Positions 36,891 through 49,377 of a DNA stretch of 64,000 bases are shown one piece after another (the first letter of the stretch is position 1; every line of letters begins with the position of its first letter). Below the pieces are notes generated by a model. That model saw only the letters and a program-made list of their open reading frames with translations. It was not told the origin of the DNA and made no database searches. Source of the DNA: Takakia lepidozioides (lineage: Eukaryota > Plantae > Bryophyta); NCBI GenBank assembly GCA_030704615.1, contig CM060732.1:57598001-57662000 (forward strand), written 5' to 3'. The position numbers were made by a program, and so were the translations under genes.

Positions 36891-38673
36891 ATGAGCAGAA
36901 AAACATATATAATATTGGGGTGCAACAGATCATGAGTCACATACCTGTATTGTAGGAACCTCAGCAAATGATAATGATACTATTTTGTCATGTACAAATG
37001 GAACATTTAGCAGTGTTTTTCTACAGATCCATTACAAATTTACACCTTCCAGAGATCCATGAAATTGAGGAATCATGCCACACTAAGAAAACATATCCAC
37101 ATGGCTGATTCTACTTCTTCCTAATGAACCCTCATGCTGTACAATCTTTCCAGTATATCGTATTGTCAAGGGTGTTTAAGAGTAATACATGTTCTCTCTC
37201 AAATACACATGCCTACTCAAAGGCCTACATCTATGTCCATACACAAATTGGCTACAGTCTTCCCTCATCTCTCTAAGATAAACTTTGCATTTGTGGCAAC
37301 ACTTCCTGTGGTCATACACAGTTGGAGAACTTGAATGTTGTCTCGAGACAACTCGATCAAATCACCATTCAATTTCGGGACATCTACCAATCTTACTCTC
37401 TCCTCCAAACCCAATTGTACGACTACATCTAGATAAGTGTTTCCTCATCCGACAAAACATTGAACTCTGTCTAGTTCCTTTCTCCTTTGGAATTCCCAAT
37501 GCTTTTGCCTCAACAAAATCAATGATGTCAGGCAGAACGTCAACTATTTTGTCAATGCCCATGACATGCATAGCTATGGTTTTTTTTGGCTAAAAATGAA
37601 AGGTGTTGAAAACCTATCACTCAAACAACCAGCACATATGAGATGACTGCATGGACCACCATATCCTTCTCCTGGGCTGCTGACCAAGCACTTGTTTTAA
37701 AAAAAGATTTGAAAACAACAATACATGTCTAAGATCCACAAAGATACAAAAATACAGAACTACCTCTTCAGTGTGAGGTGACATCTCTGGAGCGACTGTC
37801 CGAACCAGGCTTCACCTTCTTCACAGGTACATTATAATCCTCCTCGTCCCCGAACTTTTTTTCCTTGGAACCCGTGAACTTTTCTGTGTAGTGGATTCCA
37901 ATACAAAGCCAATCTGCTGCTTTAGCTGTTTTTTTCTTATTTCCAACGACTGCTCATTTTCCAGTATCGTTGATTCGAGGCCCAAGTGATGGAGAGCTTG
38001 AAATGTCAGTTAATGTGTCTTTATTTCCGAGGTCCTTTCTCACCAGGCTCTTCTTACCAATTGCTCCTTTTTTGTTCTCGTTGTGTTTATACCTCTTGAA
38101 TCTCTCGTACAACTCATGAACACCCCATCGCATGTTGATAGTGGTGCTACCATGAACAAAAGAAAACGCCATCAACTCTGATTCCCGCTCCTGAAGATAT
38201 TTCTTCACTCAATCGACTGCAGATTTCTAGTGTCGCATATGATTGGTGAAAAAACCTTTCACCATCACATCGTCCTTGTCCTCCTACCAAGAGCAAAAAC
38301 ACTGCAAATGAATGTTGTATACGCACCACTGGCGCGGATATATTTCCTTAGATATGCTCTGCCATATAGGTCATCATCTGCACTTTTGGGGGCTTCTTAA
38401 AAATCTGGTCGTAGCTAGGTGCTAGGAAAGGAGCCTGCCAGTGATTTAAGTCAAACTTCACTCACTAGAAATTTGATACAACATGATCAAAGAAAAGATC
38501 AAAGAAAGTACCTTATTAGGAGGAGCAGCCTTAGAGAGAGCCTTGCTTTTGGGAACCACTTCCTCTGGTAAAATGCGGCGGTCGTAGCTAGGTGCTAGGA
38601 AAGGAGCAGGCTTCGCAAATTTGTCAGTCAGTCATTTGGAACGTTCCAAATTGACACACTCAAGGCTTTTCAC

Positions 38674-38866
38674 TCAGGAGAGAATAACCTTCCGGTGCTG
38701 AAATATATTCATGCCAAGCATCAACAGATCCTCCAAGGTGAGCTCCATGAGGTCAGCGCCGTTCAAGTCCTCTTGTAGGATCTTTTCATAGTACTCGTTG
38801 CTACCTAGTAGCGAGCATAGATGCTCAGCTACCTTCCTCGCGTCCCAACTAGCAACCTGCATGTCA
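38674..38866 (-). pseudogene. SAM (sterile alpha motif) domain exon of a degraded multi-exon gene (~37.1-39.6 kb)
   Basis: WDARKVAEHLCSLLGSNEYYEKILQEDLNGADLMELTLEDLLMLGMNIFQHRKVIL fits the SAM consensus W..V..L...Y....I.G..LL.LT.EDL..LG...HR..IL. Confidence 0.75.
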
Positions 38867-39804
38867 ATTGACAATTGAGTCAGGTGGTGAGACAATCTTT
38901 CATATTCAAGCATCCATTCACTTCAGTCATACATGTGTTCCAATCAATCAGAAACATTGCCACAGATCTTTGGCAAAAAATATGAATTCATGCTGTGAAA
39001 TGTACCATGTTTTTGTCGAGCGGGCCCACACTAGCAAGAAAGTTCCTCATACGTGTGATATCCAGCAGGGCTGCTGGTTCTTCATTTTTAGCATAAATTT
39101 ATTTATATTTTTTATGATTTTAGTGAATGAAACATATGATGTAATAGACATAGTATCATAGTAACATAGTATCATTTTCATTTCATAATTTCTAATGTAC
39201 ATGTAAAATAATTAGATCTTCATTTCAAACATACTTATTTAAAATTTAATTCATAATATTAGATATGCACTGTCATGTGAGATTATATTGTATTATAATT
39301 TAAATTTAAATTATCAATAAACTATGATAATTTATTGATTCTGCAATATTATCGATATTTCAACATAAGGAACAACTTCAATTCGTTCAAGAAAGTGGTG
39401 GAGTTTGCATGAAAGGAAAAGTTTATCTTAGAGATTCTAATGGAGATTCCACGGATAATTTGTGACACAACAATTTCTGAATTAACTTATTGCAAAAAGG
39501 TAAACGAAAGAGAAGGGATCTCTAGCTCACCTCCGGAAGATGCACGGCCGAGGGCGAGCAGCTCAAAGTCGGAGCTTGGGAGATAAACAGCCGCGGCAAA
39601 AAGCAAGTGGCGCACGAAGCGCGCCTTCCTCCGAGCTCCCCCACGACGAGGTGACCTCCGCAGTTCAAATTCTACCTTGCAAGCTGAGTGAAGAGGAGAG
39701 GGAGAGGGAGCTGGAGAAGGAGGTCGCTTGACGATTTTGATTTTTTTAATTAATGACAGTAATCAAACAATTGAAATTAATAAAAGGTTAATCCCGTTGT
39801 TGTG

Positions 39805-40262
39805 TAGTTGCGACCCCCTGGGGGTCGGTTTTAGTGTAGCTGCATGCACCCATTTCTTGTCGCTTTCTATTAGCGACCCCCTGGAGGTCGCTTTTGGGGA
39901 CTTGGAAGTTTTAGAGCCGGATATTGCTAGCTGGTAGTGTGGGCACCCATTTCCCATCGCTTTCTAGAAGCGACCCCCTGGAGGTCGCTTCTGGGGACTT
40001 GGTAGTCTTAGAGCCCAGATCGGGCCTAATGTGGCACCCATTTCCCGTCCTTTTCTATATGCGACCCCCTGGAGGTCGCTTCTGGGGACTTAGTAGTTTT
40101 AGAGCCGGATGCTAGCTAGTGTGGGCACCCATTTCCCGTCCCTTTCTATATGTGACCCCCTGGAGGTCGCTTTCTGGGACTTGGTGGTTTTAGTACTGCC
40201 GGATGTTGTGGGCACCCATTTCCCGTCGCATGGTACCTGCGACCCCCAGGTGGTCGCTTCCT
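39805..40262. repeat. CACTA-type repeats GCGACCCCCTGGAGGTCGC, 6 copies at ~60-100 bp spacing, upstream of the CACTA transposase
   Basis: Read directly. Same core as 11530-11786 and 46662-47380. Confidence 0.85.
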
Positions 40263-40368
40263 GGGGGTTGGAGCTTTTTTGAAAGCATGATGTCTTGTTT
40301 CATAGAATTCATATATCAGTTGGATGTGCAATTTCAATAGTGAGGTTTTTGGATTTTTTTTATAGGTG

Positions 40369-43300
40369 ATGGTACGCTCACGGGTTCGGCCAATCACGGA
40401 GGATGATTATCGAAATGTAGTTCCACCCGACAAAGAACACCTCCAACAATGATGTCCGCATGTTTGATGTAATTCCATCTCTTTCAAGACGTCGTCGACG
40501 TAGGGATGAGCGGTTGGCGGACGTACCTGGAGAGCCTCACGTGATTCATGCACAAGGCCTCGAGCATCCCGTTCCACGTCCCAGCTTGCCACCTCGAGGT
40601 CCTAGGCCTCTTAGTCTAGAGCCACGAGGCCCTGATCGAGCCACTTTGGACAAACCCCCTCGGGTGGAGTGTTGGTGCGTGCGATGTTGGGCACGAGTGG
40701 CACCTGGAGGTGTTCCCGTGATGCGGCAGGATCATATTGTGGATGAACACTATCAGACATTGGGGATTGCCGATGCGGCAAGGGTGAGCCTTCTATAACC
40801 CATTGTTGTAACATTTTTTGTGCTGGTGTATAAGGACGTACGTTTGTTGTAAGTACTCGGATGTTTAAAAATGACTTGTAATTGATACTATAAAGTTACT
40901 GTGGTTAAATATATGAGTAAACAACAAACTAATTGTATGAATTTTATATTACGTGCAACCACGGAGAGCATGTGCGTGCTACCACGTGTCCCAAGTGCAA
41001 AAAATCTAGATACCGAGATGATGTTCAAGGAAAGAAGATCCCACGAAAGGTACATTTCTCTTATATTTTCTTTCCTGCCATTTATATTTATATACATATA
41101 TACATGTGTCCACCAACTAATATATCATTTTAGGGTGTAGGGTTTAAGAGGTTGTTCATTCCGATATTATTAGGGTATGCATATAGGTTATATGAATCCT
41201 TCAACTAATGTAGACTTTACAAAATATCTACATACAAACCTTTGCAAATATATACCCCTCTCTTACGTACAATATGTGGATCCAAATGACAGAAAGTAAA
41301 TATTGATATATTTGTTGTGTTTGTTGGGAAGGTTAGAAAATGCATTATTTTCCAGTCATCCCGCACTTGAAAGCACAATTTCGGAGTCCATCATTTGCCC
41401 AACTCATGAAGTGGCATGCGGAGCATCGGAGCCCTCCCGGAAAGATGTGCGGCCCTCACGATTCGCCGGCATGGAAATACACCGAGGAACAATGGCCTTT
41501 TTAGAAGGACGATCCAAGACATGTTTGGCTCGGCTTCTCCGCGGATGGTGTAAATCCACATTCAGTCTAGGCAAGTAGTCATTCCACATGGTCCGTGACT
41601 TCGGTTAACTACAACATCCCTACTTATCTTGCTATCAAGAAGGGTCATATCATGTTGGCTGCCATTTGCCAGGTGAAGAACACAACTCTGTTTTGTTGCT
41701 TTAGGATGTACGTGGTAGTACAATGTCGGATATATATGGAACTAAGAATATTATTTGTTCTGTTTGAATTTGAAACGATCTTATATATATTACAAATAAT
41801 TTGTGTTGTAGGGAAAAAACAACTTGCGAATATGGATGTGTATCTGCGTCCATTGGTTGACGAACTCAATATATTATGGAATGGAGTTCCAGCTTTTGAT
41901 GCATCGGCACCCACTGGCCAACGTTCTTTTCTCTTGCGAGGGCTTTTGCTATGGACAATGCATGACTATCCATGTACATTTTAATTTGATATTACCTATA
42001 ATATATATATTCTACTGTATATCATGTGTTTGTATGTGCTTTTCATGATTTTTCTTTACCAATTCATGTTTTTGTTCGGTTCACTGAAATTATACGAGGC
42101 GACGAATGTTAAATCCCAACTAAATTCATGGTTTTGTGTAGGGCTTTCAGTTTGTTCGGGACTAAGCACAAAGGGGTACGCAGCATGTTCATGTTGTGGG
42201 GCGGATAACCTTGATGCAAAGCATTCGAAGAACGTCGCGAAAATGATTTATCCCAACTACAGGAAATTTCTTCCTCTCAACCATCCATGGAGAACAAGAG
42301 GCAAGAAATTATTTGATGGGACTGTGGAGAGGAGACCTCCACCCGTGCGTCCTCTTGGGTCATTTTGGAAAGCCCGGTGGCAAGAGGTGCTGGATAAAAA
42401 ACGCCGGCTCAAGAGGTGTGGCATGTCCCGGCTCTCAATCTTCTACGAGTTGCCTTATTGGGAGGTACAAGTCCGAAATGCATTGGACCATACATATTTC
42501 ATTGAATGTCATGACATATTCATATGAAATTGCACCGAGTTCAGGTTTTATGACAAATTATATGGAAATTTCATGATGCGCAGGGTCTGAAATTCCGGCA
42601 CCTCCTTGATCTCATGCATATTGAGAAGAATGTGTGCTCATCACTTATTCGTGTACTGACAAACTTAACCGGGGGGGGGAGAAACGCGGCGGTGATTCCC
42701 TTGGTGTGAGGCGAGAGCTCCAAGCCCAAAACTGTATGCCACGACTATGGCTTGAAGCTGATGGTGTGGACGTGAACAATGCTCCCAAGTGTAAGTATAG
42801 GGCGCCAACTTGGACTTGGACAAAGGAGGAATACAAGCAAGTGCGGACCACAATACGAGCTATCCGGACCCCGACCGGGTATGGCGCATCTCTACGCAAC
42901 AAATTTGAGGATGACACCACTATCCATGGTTTGAAGTCTGATGACTACCACAACATTTTGCAAGACATCCCCATTGCAATACGAGGGACACTCCATGAAG
43001 GCATTCGAAAAGCCGTCTATCGACTTGCTGATTTATTCCATTGGCTTTGCACAAAAGAGATGGACAAGGCGGATTTTCCACGAATGAAGGAGGAGGCGGC
43101 CATGGTCTTGTGTATGTTGGAGATGCATCTTCCCCCTAATTGCTTTGACATCCAAGTGCATTTGGTAGTGCACTTGGTGGAAGAGGCGGAGATTGCCGGA
43201 CCGGTCCATGCTCGGTGGATGTACTTTCTAGAGTGTTACATGAAGGAGGTCAAGGCACACGTGCGGCAAAAGGCACATCCCGAGGGTAGCATGGCGGAGG

Positions 43301-44688
43301 GGTACACATTGCAAGAGGCTATGGTGTTATGTACGGAGTACATGAGAAGGGTGGACAAAGAGGCCCCTCCAATGTGGAAGGAAGAGGATAATGTGCGGAA
43401 CAAGGACATGGTTTTGCCCAAAAAAACAAGGAGGGTGAAACTATCGAACACCGAGGTGGAGCAAGCACATGACTTTGTATTGAAGAACACCCCTTGCATA
43501 GTGGAGTGGGAGGCAAGACATGTGGATGAGAATGCACGGCGGTTGGAAGCAAGTACAATTTGGAGACAAACACGTGCGAGGGAATTGCGAGCCTCACGAG
43601 GACGGCGCGGATCCAGGAGCTCGGCCCCATTGGGGATGCGTGATTTGCCCACGGAGATGCAGCCATTGAAATCACTTCGCCATTGGCTCCGGAGTGGAGT
43701 TGAGGCTGCGATGGCCGCGGGCGAGGTGGTGCCGCCTTTAGTGCAAGAGCTTGCGAGAGCGCCATCTCAATATGCCATTTCATTCTCCTCTAATTGGATT
43801 CATGGTCGTCATTTCCACATCCGTTCTTTTGACATGCGTCGGAAGACCACATTTGACTCCGGTTTGTGTGCAACATATTGGCAAGACTCCGTGTCAAGCA
43901 CAAGGGACATTCGACCTGAGAGAAGCAAGCTTGAATATATTGGGGAGCTTGATGTCATTTTGCAACTCGAGTATGATCGCTATCGCCCTATTTTTTTCAA
44001 GGGGAGGTGGTTCCAACCCCACATTGCAGGCCCAAATGCAACCCTCTTGCCTGACGAGTGTGGCTTCATGCGGGTCAACACTTCCAGGATCACGCCCTCC
44101 ACACGCATCTCCAATGAACCATTTGCATGGCCGAAGGACATGGAACAAGTCTTTTTTTCCAAAGACAAGACTAGATCGAGCAATTGGAAGGTGGTTGTGT
44201 ATGCTAGGCCAAGAGGGAGATGCATTTACCATGGCGAGGGATCAAACCGTTGGGGTGGTGATGAGGCCGAAGTGGCCGAAGCGACCGAGGTGGACGAGGT
44301 AGCCGATGCGGATGCGGATGCGGGAGATGATGCTTCGTGGATAGAGGCAATTGAAGACACTGCCTTGAACAATGTTGGAGGAGATGAAGTGGTTGATGCG
44401 AATATTGCACCGGAGGAGGAGGAGGACAAAGACGAGGATGACGATGAGGATAATGACCAGGATGACGATGACGATGACGATGACAATGAGGATGTACAAG
44501 GAAAGGAAGATCCTATTGTGCCGCCTCCTATTGACCCTCCGGTCGTGCAAGAGCCATATGAATATATGGATGATGATTCGGCTTCTGATCATGACTCTCT
44601 TAAGAAGGTCAATATAGTGACTTCGATGAGGACAATAGACAGGAGTTGGAGCTTGATGAGGAAGATGATGTCCCTCCTGATGGCATGA
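40369..44688 (+). pseudogene. CACTA/EnSpm transposase (Transposase_21 + DUF4218 + DUF4216-like, acidic tail), spliced, with stops
   Basis: CPKCKKSRY..KIPRK, DSPAWK..DPRHVWLGFSADGVNP, MDVYLRPLVDEL, WTMHDYP, DLMHIEKNV, GLKSDDYH, GPVHARWMY..E, HPEGSMAEGY, DECGF and NEPF..QVFF. Start position approximate. Confidence 0.92.
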
Positions 44689-45164
44689 TGTAATACCCAC
44701 GCGGCACATTGTTACAAGGCGAACAGGGCAACTACTTCGGAACCAAATTGACCAACCAAGATGATGTCTCCCACCATGATGTACAACAATTTGCCAATAT
44801 GACAAGAACAATTGCAAATTGTTGTATATCATAGTGATAGACATCTTTTTGATTAGTCAATATGGTTTTGAAGTACTTGCACTCCAATTTCACCGGCCTC
44901 CATTTATCCCCATACTGTGAGGGGATGCACATGTTTATGATGACATGTGCTAGTACGACTATTAGGGCTGGCACCGAGCTATTTGCATCCTGTAAGTTCT
45001 CGTGAGATGCTTGGGACCTCCAGATACAGCATGAGGAGGATGTGTGTGACAGAACTTGGGTCGCTTTGAGACCGGGATCGCGTAGAATGGCATTGTAGAT
45101 ATTCTCCTGATGCACTTTGGATACATTAAGATGGAGTGGCTCTTAGTTACTCCGGCTTAGGCCG

Positions 45165-45169
<5 letters not shown>

Positions 45170-45196
<27 letters not shown>
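45170..45196. repeat. (CT)n microsatellite
   Basis: Read directly. Confidence 0.9.
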
Positions 45197-46661
45197 CAGC
45201 ATGAAATACAAGTGAAGTATACGGCAGAGATCTCCCAAAGCGTAGCAGACATGTAGGGCTGTAGCAAAAGATGTAAGTGGAGTCTTCCAGGGTCCAATTT
45301 TGTTCCTTCGCAGCCTGGGAAAGTCTTAGTGAAGTAGCAATGAGTAACAGTAAATATGCTGTCTTTCAAGCAACATATAAAATGCATAACCTCTGTCAGC
45401 ATTTCTCCAAATGATGAGGGAGATTGTGGATCAAAACTGTAGGAGGCTGCACTGGATTCATTCCACCCACCCAGCACCACTGACTGCCATGTTGCGCGTT
45501 GCTGGACTAAGTGGAGAGAGATGAGGGGTGGGAGGAGCAATGATGTTGTACTCAGAGGTATCTATTTTCTCGAGGAAGAAACACAACCTCTATGCAGGTT
45601 CTTGCAATTCCAACCTCTGAACTCTGCATGGATTCCCAACTTCCATTAGTGCTGGAATTTGATGACTGATATGGTCTATTTTTACTTCTTTTTTTTCTTT
45701 TTTTTTGGTCTATTTTGAATTTCTAAAAAAACAATGTGTACCTCCATTCTAATTGGTAATCCAAATTTCCGTAAAAGAGAAGTAGCTGGTGGCAAGCCAA
45801 TAACAATAACACATTGCACCACCAACAATTCTGCATGCTTGTATATCCATTGTAAAATGTGCACTATCAGGCATTAAGTAACGCATTTGCGGTTTGAAAG
45901 AACAAAGACATCCACGCCTGTAGGATTTCACCATCTTCAGTCTTTGTCGGTCTTACTCTTTTCCGGTGGGTCTCGGCAGCTCGAGTCTCATGATGAACTA
46001 CGTTCTCGTCAGGATCCTTCACGGGTAATGTGTCATTCCGCTTGTTTTGTGGGCCATAACAACAATGGAACCTAGACAAAACTTTTCGATTGATACTTTG
46101 TACATACTTGTGATAACTTAACAATATAGTATGATAGACATCTATATGAACTATGATAGACAATGCAAACACAATGAATAACAAAGACGTCGAAACGTCG
46201 TAGTTGGAAAGGGCAATGAGTTCAGGTATAAACTGGGATAAATAGGTTGAACCCCAAGCAAGTGCGAGCTGATTCGATGATACTATGCTCGTACCTCAAA
46301 CCCTTGTTGATAATTTCGGCAATTTTCTGTCATGTCAATGTGGGCTTGATGTTGAGTTGAATGGGGTTTGCAAGTTGAACTGTCGTCTGACCCTAAATAT
46401 ATTACCTTGTCAGCACAATGGCTTGTGAGGGCTACAATTTTGTGTCTCTTTCCTGTCCTGCACAATGTTTTACAGTCGTGACGTGGAATAACGGCGCCGA
46501 AATACCTCATTCCGCATCCTGGACCAGGAGAAACAGACCCTATTATCGAGGTATGAGGACATAACACCGTCAATAAAGGCACAAAAATTCAAATTCCGCG
46601 GATGTCCGCTCATGAGCTCATAGGCTCATGGGCTCATGAAATAGTAAACCTCACTGACGAT

Positions 46662-47380
46662 CCCCGTCCGACCCCTATGGGGTCGGATTAGGGTTTTTTC
46701 CCCCCAAACGACCTCCGGGCCAACCAAATATATTTTTAACACTGTCTACCGTCGTCCTGGGCATTGCTTTAACGGGGAAACTTGATTATTAAAGTTCTGA
46801 TTTTGATTTTTAATTATTTAATTTCAATTTAAAGTCTGATTTTTTAGCAGGAAACCGTGAATGGACGGTATCCTACCGACTTCTCTACAGTCGTTATTAA
46901 CAAAAAACTAAATAGTTGACTACGACCCCTAAGCAGTCGCTATGCGCACCCCAATATATATTTGGGAGCAACCGACACCCAGGGAGTCGCTGGTAGCACC
47001 CCACACAAACACGAATAATTTTTATTTTTATTTTTAAACACACAGCAACAGTCTCCCTAGGGGGTGCTGTTAAACAGTGTCGGGTAATTAGCATAGGGAC
47101 ATGTACCGACCCCCAGGGAGGCGCTCATAGCACCCCAAAAATATTTTGCAAAAATACTCACACCGACCTCCCGTGGGTCGCTGCTAAGCAGCGTCGGGTT
47201 ATTGTTATGAAGTTGAAGCGACCCCCAAGCAGGCGCTGATAGCACCCCCAAAAATATGGACAAAAAAGTCTAATAGTGACGGCCTAGGGGTCGCTGTCAA
47301 CAGCGTCGGGTTATTGTTTAGGGACTTGAAGCGAGGGAAGGCGCTGATAGTAGTAGCGACCCCAGGGAGTCACTAATAGA
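46662..47380. mobile_element. Continuation of the CACTA subterminal repeat region after the Mutator insertion
   Basis: Repeated CGACCCC..GGGGTCGC motifs as at 11530-11786. No closing TAGTG TIR was found. Confidence 0.7.
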
Positions 47381-49377
47381 ACCATTTCTGATTAAATACA
47401 ATTTTAATGAATTTTAAATAAATAGTATGATTTAGAATATCTAGGATTGCGAATTTGAGGGGCGTAATGATTTTATTTTTTGCTCTATTTTATTCTTTGA
47501 TTTCAGACTTTGGACTACTACATCCATGCAAAAGACTATACCAAAAAAAATATAAAAAAAAAATAAGAAAATAAAAAAAACTTGGGTCATTATTGTAGAA
47601 CTCTCTATGAAGAGTGCATGAAGTTGAAGAGAACTTAATCTTGGAGTGCAAATGAGGGAAGAAAATATGGTTTTGGGTCCAAATGATTTGTTTTTGTTGC
47701 AAAATTTTGCACGCACATTGCACACGCTGTCATTAAGCATATGGCTGGAACATGGAACAAAAAAAAATCATGTGCAGGTGAAACACAGTTTTCCGTCTGT
47801 ACGATACGTAGTTACGTTCATCACTTGAATGACCCATTAAATGAACTTGGTTCAAGCTCATCTTTGGTCCACATGTGCTTAAGTATGTTCAGATCACCAA
47901 TGCAAAGTCGCAAAAGATGAGCATCAAGAAGAAATATTCACATCAATCGGAATTGCACTCTATGAACTTTGCATAGTGGATTCCCAACTTCCACTAATGC
48001 TAGAATTTGATGATCAATATGGTCTATTTTTTTCTCTTTCTGTCTATTTTGAATTTCATTAGAAACAATGTGTACCTCTATTGTAATTGGTAATCCAAAT
48101 TTCCAAAGAGAAGTAGCTGGTGGCAAGCCAATAAGAATAACACATTTCACCACCAACGGTTCTGCATGCTCGTATGTCCTCTTCAAATCTTGGTACTTTG
48201 TCGTAATATTTAGAAAATCTTCCATACATACAATTTGTAGGTCTTCTACTAACAATAGACCTAATAGGGATTTACAATGGTCAGTTGCAGTAGAATACAT
48301 AATGACACATGAATATATCTTGGACATATATGTGACCCTATGCTTATGATACATGGCTAACACAATCTGTGACAATTGACCCTCCATAAGTATACATATG
48401 CCATATTTTCTGGTTGATGACACTACAAGGTTATTGCATTCCATGACCACTGACAAAGATATTGGCGATCGAACCCAACGTGTTCTTCTATGAAATTCTC
48501 TTCCTAAATGATTGACTTCAAGAAGTCCGAATTGATCCCTTAGCTTTGGTAGGCTTATCCCAACTCTTTGTGAAACTTCTCTTGGAGCTTCCTGCAACTA
48601 GTTGGTTCAGGCTTGGATTGGACACTCGATGTTCTGCATCCGAGCTTGATCTCCTTCTTCGAGTTGGTCCAGGTAAGTAGAAGGTGGCATTAGGACGACC
48701 ATGCCATTCATGTAGTTTCTCTGTAGAATAATGCACTTCGGAAGCTCTAATTGGCCCTATTCGGTACTTACTGCTACCTTCTCTCTCGCGTACAAGACTA
48801 CTACAAACAATGTTTTATCAATATGCTTTCTCATGATAAAATTTACTATCCACCTCATTCTTGCCAACTACAAGCACACCTTCCATAGCTTTTGGCAACA
48901 ACCCATAAAAACAGTCACCACTAGTCTGGGCAACTAGACTGCAATAGCTGGGCAGGGCATCCATCTCAAATAAAGTTAGATTGTCAACCAACATTAAGGA
49001 CTCCAACTGTTGTGCAGTAAGATGCACATTTAAAGATATCCTTGGAAGTTTTAGAAAAAAATTTGGAGCCTTGAATATGATAATTATAATCACTTTTGTG
49101 CGTCGTCTATTATAAGTTTTTTTTTTCCCCTGAAAGAACAGGGGACGAAGGCCTCGGAGAACTTTATCAATGGAGAAAAAACGAAATATGACAAGCAGAG
49201 GAAAAAATAACCTTTGGAGGGCCATAAGGCGAAACACATGGGGAGCCTTTTCGATAGTAACTATAATCTTCTTAAAGAAATAGACCATGTAAAATTATAC
49301 ACAAAAGCTATGAAGTTTATGCAAATATATACAACCATTATTTCTAATATAAGTAATAGGTACCAATAGAAATTACT

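Larger units (their letters stand above)
11787..46652. mobile_element. Giant (~34.9 kb) Mutator-like DNA transposon with short TIRs and cargo genes
   Basis: Left end GGGGGTTGCTATTCCATGAGCTCATGAGC versus reverse complement of right end GAGGTTTACTATTTCATGAGCCCATGAGC. Flanks GCCGACGAT (11778-11786) and ACTGACGAT (46653-46661) form a 9-bp TSD with 2 transitions. Internal MULE-type transposase. CACTA repeats resume right after 46661. Confidence 0.75.

Noticed and set aside
47938-49288. 219-aa and 156-aa minus-strand ORFs
   Set aside because: No recognisable domain. They overlap repeat-derived sequence and are probably decayed TE interior.
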